From Mobula hypostoma (lineage: Eukaryota): 64,000 nt of DNA. The position numbers and the translations under genes are program-made. The notes beneath the pieces were generated by a model. The model did no database searches. It was not told the origin of the DNA and worked only from the letters and a program-made list of their open reading frames with translations. Shown piece after piece: positions 63,925 through 64,000 of the stretch (positions within the stretch are counted from its first letter, which is position 1; the number at the start of each line of letters is the position of its first letter). The DNA is taken from NCBI RefSeq assembly GCF_963921235.1, contig NC_086097.1, positions 256,124,001 to 256,188,000 of the forward strand, written 5' to 3'.

Positions 63925-64000
63925 GAACTTGATAGTCCCCCGATGACTACAGCTGCGGGAGGTGCAGCCAAGTCCAGCTCATGAAAGACCACATTAGGAG

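Noticed and set aside
50032..64000. Search for the upstream AVL9 exon (LSPRDLVLHFRHK-like); likewise the downstream GYLCLPYMAL-like exon in 1-12936
   Set aside because: Not found by eye; probably outside the window, though a short exon could have been missed.

Overview
Eukaryotic (vertebrate) genomic DNA. The repeat content (many CR1 LINE families with short-repeat tails, Penelope, Rex1/Babar, RTE, Gypsy, Tc1) suggests a cartilaginous fish, probably a ray; this is an inference. The window lies inside the AVL9 gene on the minus strand. Three coding exons with AG/GT boundaries and matching phases were found: 49993-50031 (39 nt), 31077-31146 (70 nt) and 12937-13472 (536 nt), separated by introns of about 18.8 and 17.6 kb. 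Almost everything else is nested transposable-element sequence. Most notable observations: (i) Penelope-derived minimal hammerhead ribozyme motifs, two of them in a long inverted repeat with a 15-bp TSD; (ii) a 398-bp tract, identical by eye, shared by two otherwise diverged CR1 copies 56 kb apart and carrying flanking DNA; (iii) an ORF1-only, HAL1-like L1 derivative; (iv) a tRNA SINE with a BovB/Bov-A-like body; (v) a CR1-HERO chimera; (vi) a full-length Gypsy with a tRNA-Trp PBS; (vii) a LIR-like motif in AVL9. I found no evidence of a wholly new multi-gene system. Boundaries of degenerate repeats are approximate, and family names come from motif recognition, not database searches.
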